Below are positions 17,563 through 25,259 of a DNA stretch of 43,782 nucleotides, piece after piece. Source of the DNA: Candidatus Bipolaricaulia bacterium (GTDB lineage Bacteria; Bipolaricaulota; Bipolaricaulia; JBHIAT01); contig JBHIAT010000008.1 of assembly GCA_046758705.1 (NCBI GenBank), positions 1 to 43,782 of the forward strand. The letters are read 5' to 3'. The translations under genes were made by a program, and so were the position numbers. Under the pieces are notes generated by a model. It did no database searches. It was not told the origin of the DNA and worked only from the letters and a program-made list of their open reading frames with translations. How positions within the stretch are numbered: the stretch's first letter is position 1; each line of letters begins with the position of its first letter.

Positions 17563-18744
17563 GTGACTACGGCTTCAAGGGGTTCGTCCAAGAGACGAGT
17601 TGTGGTTTTAGGGGCGGGTTTCGCAGGGCTGACTATCGCATCTGAGTTGGATTCTTTGGCAGCCACAGGGAAGGCAGACGTTACGCTGGTGGACCGAAAG
17701 ATCCACTTTAGTGTAGGCTTTTCGATGCAGTGGGTCCTGGTTGGAAGAAGAAAACCCGAGGACGGGCAGAGACCCTATACGTCTCTACAGGCTCGCCACG
17801 TTAAATTCATCCATGACGAGATTGTCGCCATCGACACAGCCGAACAGGCGGTCCACACAAGGTCCAAGCATCTGAATTACGATTACCTCGTAATCGCCCT
17901 GGGAGCCGAACTGGCGCCTGAGCTCGTGCCAGGCCTCCCGAGGGGCGGTTACGACCTGCATGATATGGACTCTGTCATCCAGTTGAAGACGGCATTGGAA
18001 GGCATAGACAGCGGCACAGTTGCCATCGTGGTTACATCAGTACCGTTCAAGTGTCCACCGGCGCCCTACGAGTACGCAATGTTGATTGACGATATGCTAA
18101 GAAACCGCGGAGTCCGCGAGAACGTTCGCGTCGTAGTGTCTACGCCGGAGCCGCAGCCTATGCCTCTCGCGGGAAAAGTAGTGGGAGATGCCATAAAATC
18201 GCTGCTGGCCGATCGCGGGATTGAGTATCTTCCACAGCATAAGTCGACTTCGGTGGACAACATCGGACATAAGATAATCTACGAAAACGGTTGGGAGCTT
18301 TCGTATGATGTTCTCGGCGCGGTCCCGCCACACCGGGCACCTGGGGTCGTGCGGGATGCCGGTCTCACAAACGAATCGGGCTTCGTTCCTGTTGACCTCT
18401 GGAGTTTCGAGACTTCAGTGCCGAATGTGTATGCTGTGGGAGATGTTGCGTCGCTCAGACTCCCTGACGGGAGGCCCCATCCGAAGGCGGGGGCTTTCGC
18501 AGAGGCTCAGGCTTCCACGTTGGCAAGAAACATAGTAGCGCAACTCGCCGGTGGGGAAACCGCAAGGTATAGCGGCATAGGCGTGTGCTTTGTAGATGCT
18601 GGAGGCGACATGGCGGCCGCCGCCGAAGCAAACTTGCTGGCAGACGGAGGGCCCTAGTTCACGATGAATCCGCCCTCGGAGGAGGGCCTCGAGCGTAAGC
18701 GCCAGTTCGAGCGTGAGCGTCTGGTCAGATGGTTCGGCGGGTGA
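17563..18744 (+). pseudogene. Sulfide:quinone oxidoreductase-like FAD-dependent oxidoreductase with a premature TAG at 18655-18657
   Basis: VVVLGAGFAG, YDYLVIALG, FKCPPAPYE, YAVGDVA and PKAGAFA motifs. The frame continues past TAG (FTMNPPSEEGLERKRQFERERLVRWFGG*) to 18744, and the duplicate copy near 25371 has CAG at this position. Confidence 0.8.
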
Positions 18745-18770
18745 CACTCCACCGGCTCGAATTTACTACA
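18542..18770 (+). repeat. Direct repeat copy 1 (229 bp; 3' end of the oxidoreductase gene)
   Basis: Near-identical to 25258-25489. Confidence 0.95.
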
Positions 18771-18809
18771 TCTGCGTGCGTTTAAGGTACCGTCGGTCCG
18801 TCTAGTGGG

Positions 18810-18965
18810 CTACGCACAGCCCTGCCACCTCGACCAGATCGGCAGGGCCTGGGCTTCGAACAGGGAACAGCCCAGCCCTTCCTGAGCGCGCGTGATGAAG
18901 ACCTGGTCGAGGATCTTGACGGTCAAGCGATGGAGTTGTTCACGGGCGGGTGATTGTCGTACCAT
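18810..18965 (-). pseudogene. Truncated DUF1670-like gene (N-terminal remnant)
   Basis: AGGAGG RBS (18980-18975), then MVRQSPAREQLHRLTVKILDQVFITRAQEGLGCSLFEAQAL, then an apparent frameshift (the alternative frame continues DLVE). The resemblance to DUF1670 N-termini is from memory. Too short for the ORF track. Confidence 0.55.
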
Positions 18966-19030
18966 ATTGGCGGTCCTCCTGTTTGAGTGGAGACCTTAGC
19001 TCCACATTTAACAGGTACCTGCTATATGGC

Positions 19031-19046
19031 ACAACTATAGTTAGGC
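19031..19046 (+). other. attI-like recombination core (ACAACTATA-GTTAGGC) opening the next cassette
   Basis: GTTRRRY core at 19040-19046 with no upstream attC hairpin. GTTAGGCAGCA is identical to the cassette start at 15330. Confidence 0.5.
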
Positions 19047-19132
19047 AGCAGAAGTACAAGGAGAATCGTCTTCAACAAGATCAGTATCATCACTGCCGCG
19101 CATGAGCGTTCACGGCAGGATCTACCTTGCCC

Positions 19133-19161
19133 TTGAATCCCCCTCTCATTTGGGATATCAT
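19133..19161 (+). promoter_or_regulatory. Promoter of the DUF4160/DUF2442 cassette
   Basis: TTGAAT (19133-19138), 17 bp spacer, TATCAT (19156-19161). Confidence 0.55.
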
Positions 19162-19224
19162 GGTACTGAACGGACACGCCCGGACGGTGCGATTGCGTCC
19201 AAGACATGAACATAGAGAGAATAT

Positions 19225-19485
19225 ATGCCCCGCATCAGCGAATTCTTCGGTATAGTGATTTTCATGTACTACAATGACCATTCACCACCGCATTTTCACG
19301 CTGAATACGGTGAGCATGAAGCTGTCTATGAGATCGAAACGATCGAAGCACTAAGAGGCAAGTTGCCCCGTCGTGCCCATGCGTTGGTCGTGGAATGGAC
19401 GACATTGCACCGCGCTGAGTTGAAAGGGAATTGGGATAGGGCACGAGCAGGTTTGCCGTTGAAAAAGATTGAGCCCCTTGACTGA
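19225..19485 (+). CDS. DUF4160 family protein (putative toxin of a DUF4160/DUF2442 pair)
   Basis: MPRISEFFGIVIFMYYNDHSPPHFHAEYG...LVVEWTTLHRAELKGNW...IEPL signature. Confidence 0.9.
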   Translation: MPRISEFFGIVIFMYYNDHSPPHFHAEYGEHEAVYEIETIEALRGKLPRRAHALVVEWTTLHRAELKGNWDRARAGLPLKKIEPLD

Positions 19486-19504
19486 CACAGGGAGGTGTTG
19501 CTTG

Positions 19505-19786
19505 ATGACAAAACCGGGTCCTTTAGTACGCGTTCGATCTGTAGAACCGCTTGAGAAGTTTAAGGTACGGCTGGAATTCGAAGATGAGACACAAAAAGAG
19601 ATTGATCTGGAACCCTACCTGCACGGACCTATCTTCGAGCCGATTCACAATGATCTGACAACGTTCCGTTCTATGAAAGTCGAAGACGGCACGATCGCCT
19701 GGGACAACGGAGCGGATATAGACCCCGATGTGCTCTATTACGATCTGAGACCTGCCTGGATGGAAGAAACAGAATTGGTTCAGTAG
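19505..19786 (+). CDS. DUF2442 family protein (putative antitoxin)
   Basis: VRSVEPL...LEFEDE...DLEPYLHGPIFEP...GTIAWDNGADIDPDVLY; GGAGGT RBS. Confidence 0.9.
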   Translation: MTKPGPLVRVRSVEPLEKFKVRLEFEDETQKEIDLEPYLHGPIFEPIHNDLTTFRSMKVEDGTIAWDNGADIDPDVLYYDLRPAWMEETELVQ

Positions 19787-19797
19787 GCCCAAGAGCC

Positions 19798-19825
19798 GCT
19801 TAACTCGTCGTTGCAGCCGACCGCG
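19798..19825 (+). repeat. Truncated attC (left arm only)
   Basis: R'' GCTTAAC plus L'' TCGTTGCAGCCGAC; no matching L'/R' downstream. Confidence 0.65.
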
Positions 19826-19858
19826 CTATCAAGGCAGTTTCTGAGGAAGAATGTGCTT

Positions 19859-20635
19859 ATGAAGAGACCAAAAGTAGTCGTCCATACGGTTGCCTCAGTA
19901 GACGGAAGGGTAACACTTGCGCCAGATGTCCTATTGGGATTTGGGGACGAAGAAAGAGAAAGATGGGAGGCCCTCGCGGGGTCAGGCGAGGATGCAGATG
20001 CATTTTTCAAGTGGCTCGAGTTCGTTCACAACCCACAAGTCCTTCTTGAAGGCAGTGGCACTTTTGTCAGGGAGGGCGATGAGCCCAAGCCGCTCCCACC
20101 TTTCGAGGGTGATCCCAAAATGCTGTATCAGGACTTCCTGCCAGAAGCTGCTGTCCATCGTCCGGGACAGCGAGGATGGTTCACAGCTGTGGATAGTCGA
20201 GGACGTGTCCAGGGGTGGATGAAAGAATTTGAAGGATGGGAAGGGTGGCATATACTGATCCTAGTTGCCCATCATACGCCATCCAAGTATCTCGCCTATC
20301 TCCAGCGCGAGAATATTCCCTACCTGGTAGCAGGAGAAGAGCGAGTCGATCTCCGGCTTGCCATGGAGAAGCTGGGATCCCGGCTGGGAGTTACATGTGT
20401 CGTGTCAACGGCTGGAGGCAAGTTAAACGGCGCGCTCTTGCGTGCCGGGCTTGTGGACGAAATCAACATTGAGTTCTTCCCCGCCATCATAGGCGGCTTT
20501 GAGACGCCATCGCTGTTTGACTCGCCAGCATTAAAACCCGACGAGTGGCCAACCCAGCTCAAACTAATCTCCACCCAAGTTCAACCTGAGGGGCGTATAT
20601 GGCTTCGTTATGAGGTAGTGCACGAGGGAGAGTAA
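19859..20635 (+). CDS. RibD C-terminal/dihydrofolate reductase-like family protein
   Basis: MKRPKVVVHTVASVDGRV, VDSRGR, YLAYLQRENIPYLVAG and GGKLNGALLRAGLVDEI motifs. Confidence 0.88.
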   Translation: MKRPKVVVHTVASVDGRVTLAPDVLLGFGDEERERWEALAGSGEDADAFFKWLEFVHNPQVLLEGSGTFVREGDEPKPLPPFEGDPKMLYQDFLPEAAVHRPGQRGWFTAVDSRGRVQGWMKEFEGWEGWHILILVAHHTPSKYLAYLQRENIPYLVAGEERVDLRLAMEKLGSRLGVTCVVSTAGGKLNGALLRAGLVDEINIEFFPAIIGGFETPSLFDSPALKPDEWPTQLKLISTQVQPEGRIWLRYEVVHEGE

Positions 20636-20647
20636 ATCGCACAAGCG

Positions 20648-20673
20648 GCCTAATAATCTAATAATAGTTCTGC
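20648..20673 (+). repeat. Collapsed attC or attI-like junction
   Basis: GCCTAAT, a 12-nt AT-rich spacer, then GTTCTGC. GTTCTGCATG (20667-20676) is the exact reverse complement of CATGCAGAAC (21631-21640) at the end of the next cassette. Confidence 0.65.
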
Positions 20674-20700
20674 ATGACAAAGAACTCATAGGGGTACGCT

Positions 20701-21666
20701 ATGCTCATCCATGGTGAAAGGCAATTCCTTCAAACACCTTTCGATGACGAGAACGAGATCGAGCAGGTGGTAGTTGATAACGCCGACTATATCTTTGGCC
20801 CGGGCTCAATCTATCTTCCCAAACGAGTGCTTCGGACTCTCGACGATTACGGTACGGTTCCCGATGGCTTCGTAGTCGATATCCCGAATCGGCAGTGGTT
20901 CATTGTTGAGGCGGAGCTGTCCAGCCACAGTGTGTGGGGCCACATCGCCCAACAAGTTGCCAAACAAATCGTGGCTGCGACGCGGCAAACCACCAAACGT
21001 CTTCTTGCAGAGATGGTCGTCTCAGCAGTGCGCGAAGATGATGATCTCATGGAGAAATTTACGGATGAAGGAATCGACCCCATAGACGTCAGGGGAGTCC
21101 TGTCAGAGTTGTTCGAAAAGGACCCCATTGTCGGCATGCCGATTGATTCAATCTCTAATGATCTGCGCGCATGGGCTGAAACGCTGAGAGTCGACGTCAA
21201 GTTGTGGACCATACGGAAATACGTCGACTTCAATGACTCATCCAACATTGTGTATGAGATCCCAGAAGAATACAGACCGGACTTTGACACCACCGAGGAA
21301 AACGAAGTGCGTAGGACGGGTATAGCCCATTATGACGTTTCAATCGCTGATCTTATCCAAGCTGGCCTCCTCACAGCGGGACAAGAGTTGACCATGCCGT
21401 ACAAACCTCGACAAGGTGAGAGAAGAACATACACTGCAGTAGTCCAGGCAAACGGCTCTCTGCAAGTCCTTGGCAAAACCTTCAGCAGTCCTAGCTATGC
21501 TGCTCTCTACGGCATTCAAGATGCAGGTAGTGACCGGAGGACTGTAAACGGCTGGATCAGTTGGAAGGACTCCGAGGAAAGGACCCTCGCGGAGCTTCGA
21601 GAAGAATACATGCACCAACAGGAATCCGACCATGCAGAACAAGCGGATTCGGCCGACGAGAAATAG
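20701..21666 (+). CDS. PD-(D/E)XK nuclease-like domain fused to a C-terminal RAMA (DUF4357-like) domain, gene cassette
   Basis: N-terminal ENEIE...VPDGFVVD...WFIVEAELSSH; C-terminal IADLIQAGLL...G.LQV.GKTFSSPSYAA...NGWISWK...TLAELR RAMA pattern. Confidence 0.8.
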   Translation: MLIHGERQFLQTPFDDENEIEQVVVDNADYIFGPGSIYLPKRVLRTLDDYGTVPDGFVVDIPNRQWFIVEAELSSHSVWGHIAQQVAKQIVAATRQTTKRLLAEMVVSAVREDDDLMEKFTDEGIDPIDVRGVLSELFEKDPIVGMPIDSISNDLRAWAETLRVDVKLWTIRKYVDFNDSSNIVYEIPEEYRPDFDTTEENEVRRTGIAHYDVSIADLIQAGLLTAGQELTMPYKPRQGERRTYTAVVQANGSLQVLGKTFSSPSYAALYGIQDAGSDRRTVNGWISWKDSEERTLAELREEYMHQQESDHAEQADSADEK

Positions 21667-21709
21667 GCGCGGTGCGCCCATTCCTCGCGGCTGATCCTTG
21701 CCGTTAGCC
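21634..21709 (+). repeat. attC site 4 (overlapped by the 3' end of the gene)
   Basis: R'' GCAGAAC, L'' GGATTCGGCCG pairing with L' CGGCTGATCC, CGAG..GGCGC/GCGCC..CTCG stem, R' GTTAGCC. Confidence 0.88.
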
Positions 21710-21863
21710 CGCACAAATAAACGCGTTGGTGAAATCGAAGTGATGAAAGCAGCGAACTCTCAAGAGTGGTGGCGTGACCCCAGGTGCCATTTTGGCGAGT
21801 TGAAAAGGGTAGGTGAGATAGACCACCAAAGGCGATAAAGTGCAAAGTGCGGGTTAACACCTC
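21704..21863 (+). other. Minimal (about 160 bp) cassette with at most a 31-aa ORF (21743-21838)
   Basis: The start GTTAGCCCGCAC (21703-21714) complements the end GTGCGGGTTAAC (21847-21858) at 11/12 positions. Confidence 0.7.
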
Positions 21864-21870
21864 GTTAGGC
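21852..21870 (+). repeat. Collapsed attC (R''-ACCTC-R', L boxes deleted)
   Basis: GGTTAAC-ACCTC-GTTAGGC. The same TAACACCTCG start is seen in the next attC at 22447. Confidence 0.72.
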
Positions 21871-21924
21871 AGCCCCTGAGAGGTGCTGAGCATCTTACGG
21901 ACACTTGGTGAAAGGATTATTGCG

Positions 21925-22452
21925 ATGCGTCGACTGACACACAGAGAAATGCTTGCGGCCGAACTCTTTGGATACAGCTATGCCAACTACGAGGATCATC
22001 TCGGGATCGGCAATGTGCGTTTCGAAGCGCTGATGCCGCGCGAGGTGGATATCCTTGAGAAGGCTGAGCGAGAAGGCTGGGATAAGGCTCGGATCGCCCA
22101 AGAGCTCAGCATGCCAGAAGCCAAGGTCGAGGGTTGGCTGATGAAGTACCGGGAAGCGAAAGAGATCGTCGATGCACCGACCCTTGTGCAGGCCTTTCGT
22201 CGCGGGGTGAGACAGTCGATCGAGAAGGCAGTTGAAGCGGGGTGGGGTGATAGGGCATCGATCGAGCGGCTGGTGACGCAAATCTGCTATCGGGCAGCGG
22301 ATCTTGCCTATCGGCTGGACATGGAAGGCCAGCGATTGTCGGATCTGTCAGAGGAGTTACGGGAAGAAACAGAATACGATGAGGAGTACTGGAGGAAGGT
22401 GCTGCAACGGGAAATGGGAGAGGAGCCCGAGACGGGCGAGGGCGCTGCCTAA
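21925..22452 (+). CDS. Hypothetical protein, gene cassette (175 aa)
   Basis: ATG after AAAGGA; stop TAA lies inside R''. The cassette start GTTAGGCAGC (21864-21873) complements GCTGCCTAAC (22444-22453) at 10/10 positions. Confidence 0.8.
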   Translation: MRRLTHREMLAAELFGYSYANYEDHLGIGNVRFEALMPREVDILEKAEREGWDKARIAQELSMPEAKVEGWLMKYREAKEIVDAPTLVQAFRRGVRQSIEKAVEAGWGDRASIERLVTQICYRAADLAYRLDMEGQRLSDLSEELREETEYDEEYWRKVLQREMGEEPETGEGAA

Positions 22453-22475
22453 CACCTCGCTGGACGCGCGGACGC
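22447..22475 (+). repeat. Truncated attC (left arm only)
   Basis: R'' GCCTAAC plus L''-like TCGCTGGA..GCGGACG; no right arm. Confidence 0.62.
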
Positions 22476-22503
22476 CGGATGCAAGGAAAGGGGTGTAAGT
22501 CCT

Positions 22504-24360
22504 ATGCCAAGAAAGAAAGAGGTCAAGTCGGACAGGTCTCTAGTCCGTGTCGGGGATCTCATCTTTGAGGCTCTGACCCAACAGGAAATTGCCCATCTGT
22601 TCGATGCGTTATTCAAGGTTTTGCCGTCTGATATAAGGGATAAGATGCTGGAACAACTACAGCCGGATACCCGGCAGACCGTGCGGCATATCCTCTCTCC
22701 ACCTAAGGCAACCGAGGGTGCAGAAGCAAAAGTGGCCGAAGCCAAATCGGTTTCCAAGGCCAAATTGGAACAGACATGGTCCGGGTTGTGGGACAAGTGG
22801 GACGGTATTGTCGGGGAAGCGGCGCGAGAGGATGGGGCATACATGGCGCAAGACGCGCATTGGGAGCCCCCCTACTTTGACAGCACCGCGTTCATCGATG
22901 ACCTTGAGGGGATCGCAGGGAAGATGCGACCACTGCTCCAAACTGCCTTTCAAAACGGATTCTCTCCGGACATGGGCTTTGCCCAGGCCCTCCGGGAAGC
23001 CGAAGAGGCGATCTCGGGTACAATGCCCGAATGGATGGAGATCGTCGAGGGGTTCTATTTGGAAGAAAATCTTACCATCTGTCTGCTGAAGTGGGAATGG
23101 TTTAGCATCAGAGGTGAGGGGCAGGATGCGTTCGCCTTCGCCCAGCGCATTCTGGATTGGGAAAACCGTGTTTCCTTTGTGACCCTAGAACGCAACGCCT
23201 TCCTGGATTTCTTCTTGCAACTGTCAGAGGCCGATCAACGGGCCGTTTTTGAAGGGCTAACTCGTCACGATCACGAGAACACACCGCTCTGGAAAGAACG
23301 CCTGGAAAATACCTTTTCCCACTGGCATGCCCTCTATATGTATTGCGTCGGGCAGTATGCGCCTGAGCGCTATCTGGACAAACTGCGGGCCACCATCCCC
23401 CAGCACTGGCAAAACGGCCTGCCGGTGATCGAGGATCTATTGGCTAAAGAAGACTACCGGGAGAGCCTCCGGGTTATCCAGGAGACCCTGAACGCGCTGT
23501 TGGAATCCAACCGAAGCGACAGATCCTGGACCCCCGAGACCTCCCTGCTGTTTACGATCGTAACCAGGTTTTATTACGACGATGCCAACGTGGAGAGTCA
23601 CAAAAACCTGCTCCGCTATTACCAGCAGACCGCCAAAGGATTGGACCAATCACAACGGGTCAACGCCCTGGAGCTCCAGCTTATCGCCTTCGACCACTTT
23701 TTCGACTGGCAAACCATGTTCAACGCCTTTGAAGAGGTCTCGGTCCCCACGAAGACCCGTCAGGCCTTGTTCCGATCATGGCAAGATCATATCATCCAGA
23801 GGGCCAAACCGAGTTCGTGGGAATTCAGATCTGAATCTACAAAAATCCGCAAGACCTGGTGGCTGCACTGGCTCATAGAGAGCATCGTCGATACGCAAAG
23901 AGGACCCTCCTGGTTTCAGAAAAAGATCGATCGGTGGCCGGCGCGTTTACCTGGAGAGCGGACGTCGTTGGGTGAGGATTATGGATTCTTACGGCTTCTG
24001 ACGAAAGATTTGACCGAGATAAGCGGCGAGCGGAATCGGTATCCCAAATTCTATGGGGTCGTGGTCAGACCTCGGGAATTGTCGACCCCCGACGACACAT
24101 CCCGGCAGGAGTACCTGAAACGGTATGCTCCCGATGGTTTGTTGGACCGGGTGATGGCGTATTGGAAAGGGCATTTGCAGGATCTGGTGCCCAGACCCGA
24201 AACGGCCCGCAGATCGGATTACACAGAACATGCCCGGTGGATGGCCGCTCTGAACGAGTTAGCGCCTCAGAGCTGTGAAGCCCTTCTGGACAGATGGCGT
24301 GTCGAACACCGGCGACGCCGGAATCTGTGGAAAGCGTTGAAGAAGATGGGATTAGGCTGA
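22504..24360 (+). CDS. Large alpha-helical hypothetical protein (618 aa)
   Basis: Long ORF with a purine-rich RBS. The C-terminus YTEHARWMAAL...WRVEHRRRRNLWKAL loosely resembles the tail of SWIM-family helical proteins. Confidence 0.8.
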   Translation: MPRKKEVKSDRSLVRVGDLIFEALTQQEIAHLFDALFKVLPSDIRDKMLEQLQPDTRQTVRHILSPPKATEGAEAKVAEAKSVSKAKLEQTWSGLWDKWDGIVGEAAREDGAYMAQDAHWEPPYFDSTAFIDDLEGIAGKMRPLLQTAFQNGFSPDMGFAQALREAEEAISGTMPEWMEIVEGFYLEENLTICLLKWEWFSIRGEGQDAFAFAQRILDWENRVSFVTLERNAFLDFFLQLSEADQRAVFEGLTRHDHENTPLWKERLENTFSHWHALYMYCVGQYAPERYLDKLRATIPQHWQNGLPVIEDLLAKEDYRESLRVIQETLNALLESNRSDRSWTPETSLLFTIVTRFYYDDANVESHKNLLRYYQQTAKGLDQSQRVNALELQLIAFDHFFDWQTMFNAFEEVSVPTKTRQALFRSWQDHIIQRAKPSSWEFRSESTKIRKTWWLHWLIESIVDTQRGPSWFQKKIDRWPARLPGERTSLGEDYGFLRLLTKDLTEISGERNRYPKFYGVVVRPRELSTPDDTSRQEYLKRYAPDGLLDRVMAYWKGHLQDLVPRPETARRSDYTEHARWMAALNELAPQSCEALLDRWRVEHRRRRNLWKALKKMGLG

Positions 24361-24392
24361 GGAGAAGTTCGTCCGGGGGGGATACATCGGAG

Positions 24393-24707
24393 ATGGCCGG
24401 CGACGAAAGCCACTACGACGAAATGGTCTACAATCAGGAAGCCGTTGATCACATGCACGCGTTCGAGCAGGTCGTCGAGTCAGCCCACATGCCCGAGCAG
24501 ACGCGGCGCAAGATCTTCTCTATCTTGAACGCGATCGAGTACCAGGTTGAAGAAGGAACGTTTCCGCATTCGGTCGTTGGAAGTCTGCGAGATGCCATAC
24601 TTCACTGGACAGAAACTCTCGATGAGAGAACTCGAAACATCGTTAACGGATCACTTGAATTGTGTGTTGAGGAAGTGTTGAGAACCAAGCAACTGCCGAA
24701 CCAGTAG
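24393..24707 (+). CDS. Hypothetical protein (104 aa)
   Basis: ATG after a G-rich RBS; stop falls inside the downstream attC, as is typical of cassette genes. Confidence 0.6.
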   Translation: MAGDESHYDEMVYNQEAVDHMHAFEQVVESAHMPEQTRRKIFSILNAIEYQVEEGTFPHSVVGSLRDAILHWTETLDERTRNIVNGSLELCVEEVLRTKQLPNQ

Positions 24708-24778
24708 CTTGAGCCGATTTGCTGAAAGCCGCGCCGTTTCACTCTGCGGCTTCCAGCAAGTGGCTCAAACAGTCGAGA
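24695..24778 (+). repeat. attC site with degenerate R'
   Basis: R'' GCCGAAC; long stem TTGAGCC..TTGCTG.AAGCCGC / GCGGCTT.CAGCAA..GGCTCAA; expected GTT replaced by GTC. Confidence 0.75.
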
Positions 24779-24791
24779 TACTGATACTGCC

Positions 24792-25259
24792 ATGGCACGT
24801 AAGAGAATTGGGAAGCTCCTTCCTCGCTACTCGTTTATCCTCAATCCTTATTCCGATGAACGCCTAAGCAGATGCCCAAAGTGTAGGAAATTGACACATT
24901 TCCGGAAGTTTGCTTTGTTCATCCACATTGATGGCTGGGGGCCAATAATGCTCGGCAAAACCTGCAGGTATTGCACGCCATGCGAGTTGATTATGGCTCA
25001 CCAGGATGAATTGGAAACCGAGTTGGCTCATTCCTTTTCCTCATTGGCCCCTGAAGTCATCGGAAACGATTATATCGTCTTGGGCACCGTGGACAAGAAG
25101 GTCTGGAAGCGTGGTCTTGAAGGGAATAACCTTCAGCTTCAAGAGATGCTCAAGTATATGGCAGAGTTCAAGAGGGTTCTGAAACTGGAGGTAGAGCCAG
25201 GAGGATGGTATCCGGTCAGCAAGGGTGCAAAGAAACGATCGACAAAAAGAGCTACTTAA
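24792..25259 (+). CDS. Hypothetical Cys-rich (putative zinc-binding) cassette protein
   Basis: RCPKC and CRYCTPC motifs; stop TAA lies inside the R''-like ACTTAAC (25254-25260). Confidence 0.8.
   Translation: MARKRIGKLLPRYSFILNPYSDERLSRCPKCRKLTHFRKFALFIHIDGWGPIMLGKTCRYCTPCELIMAHQDELETELAHSFSSLAPEVIGNDYIVLGTVDKKVWKRGLEGNNLQLQEMLKYMAEFKRVLKLEVEPGGWYPVSKGAKKRSTKRAT

Noticed and set aside
18655-18657. Programmed amber readthrough (pyrrolysine) in the oxidoreductase
   Set aside because: The duplicate copy has CAG, TAG is used as a normal stop elsewhere in the window (e.g. rpmG, nusG), and no pyl genes are visible.
20645-20673. dif/Xer site reading of the AT-rich junction
   Set aside because: It matches the XerD arm (TTATGTTAAAT) poorly and is better explained as a cassette junction.
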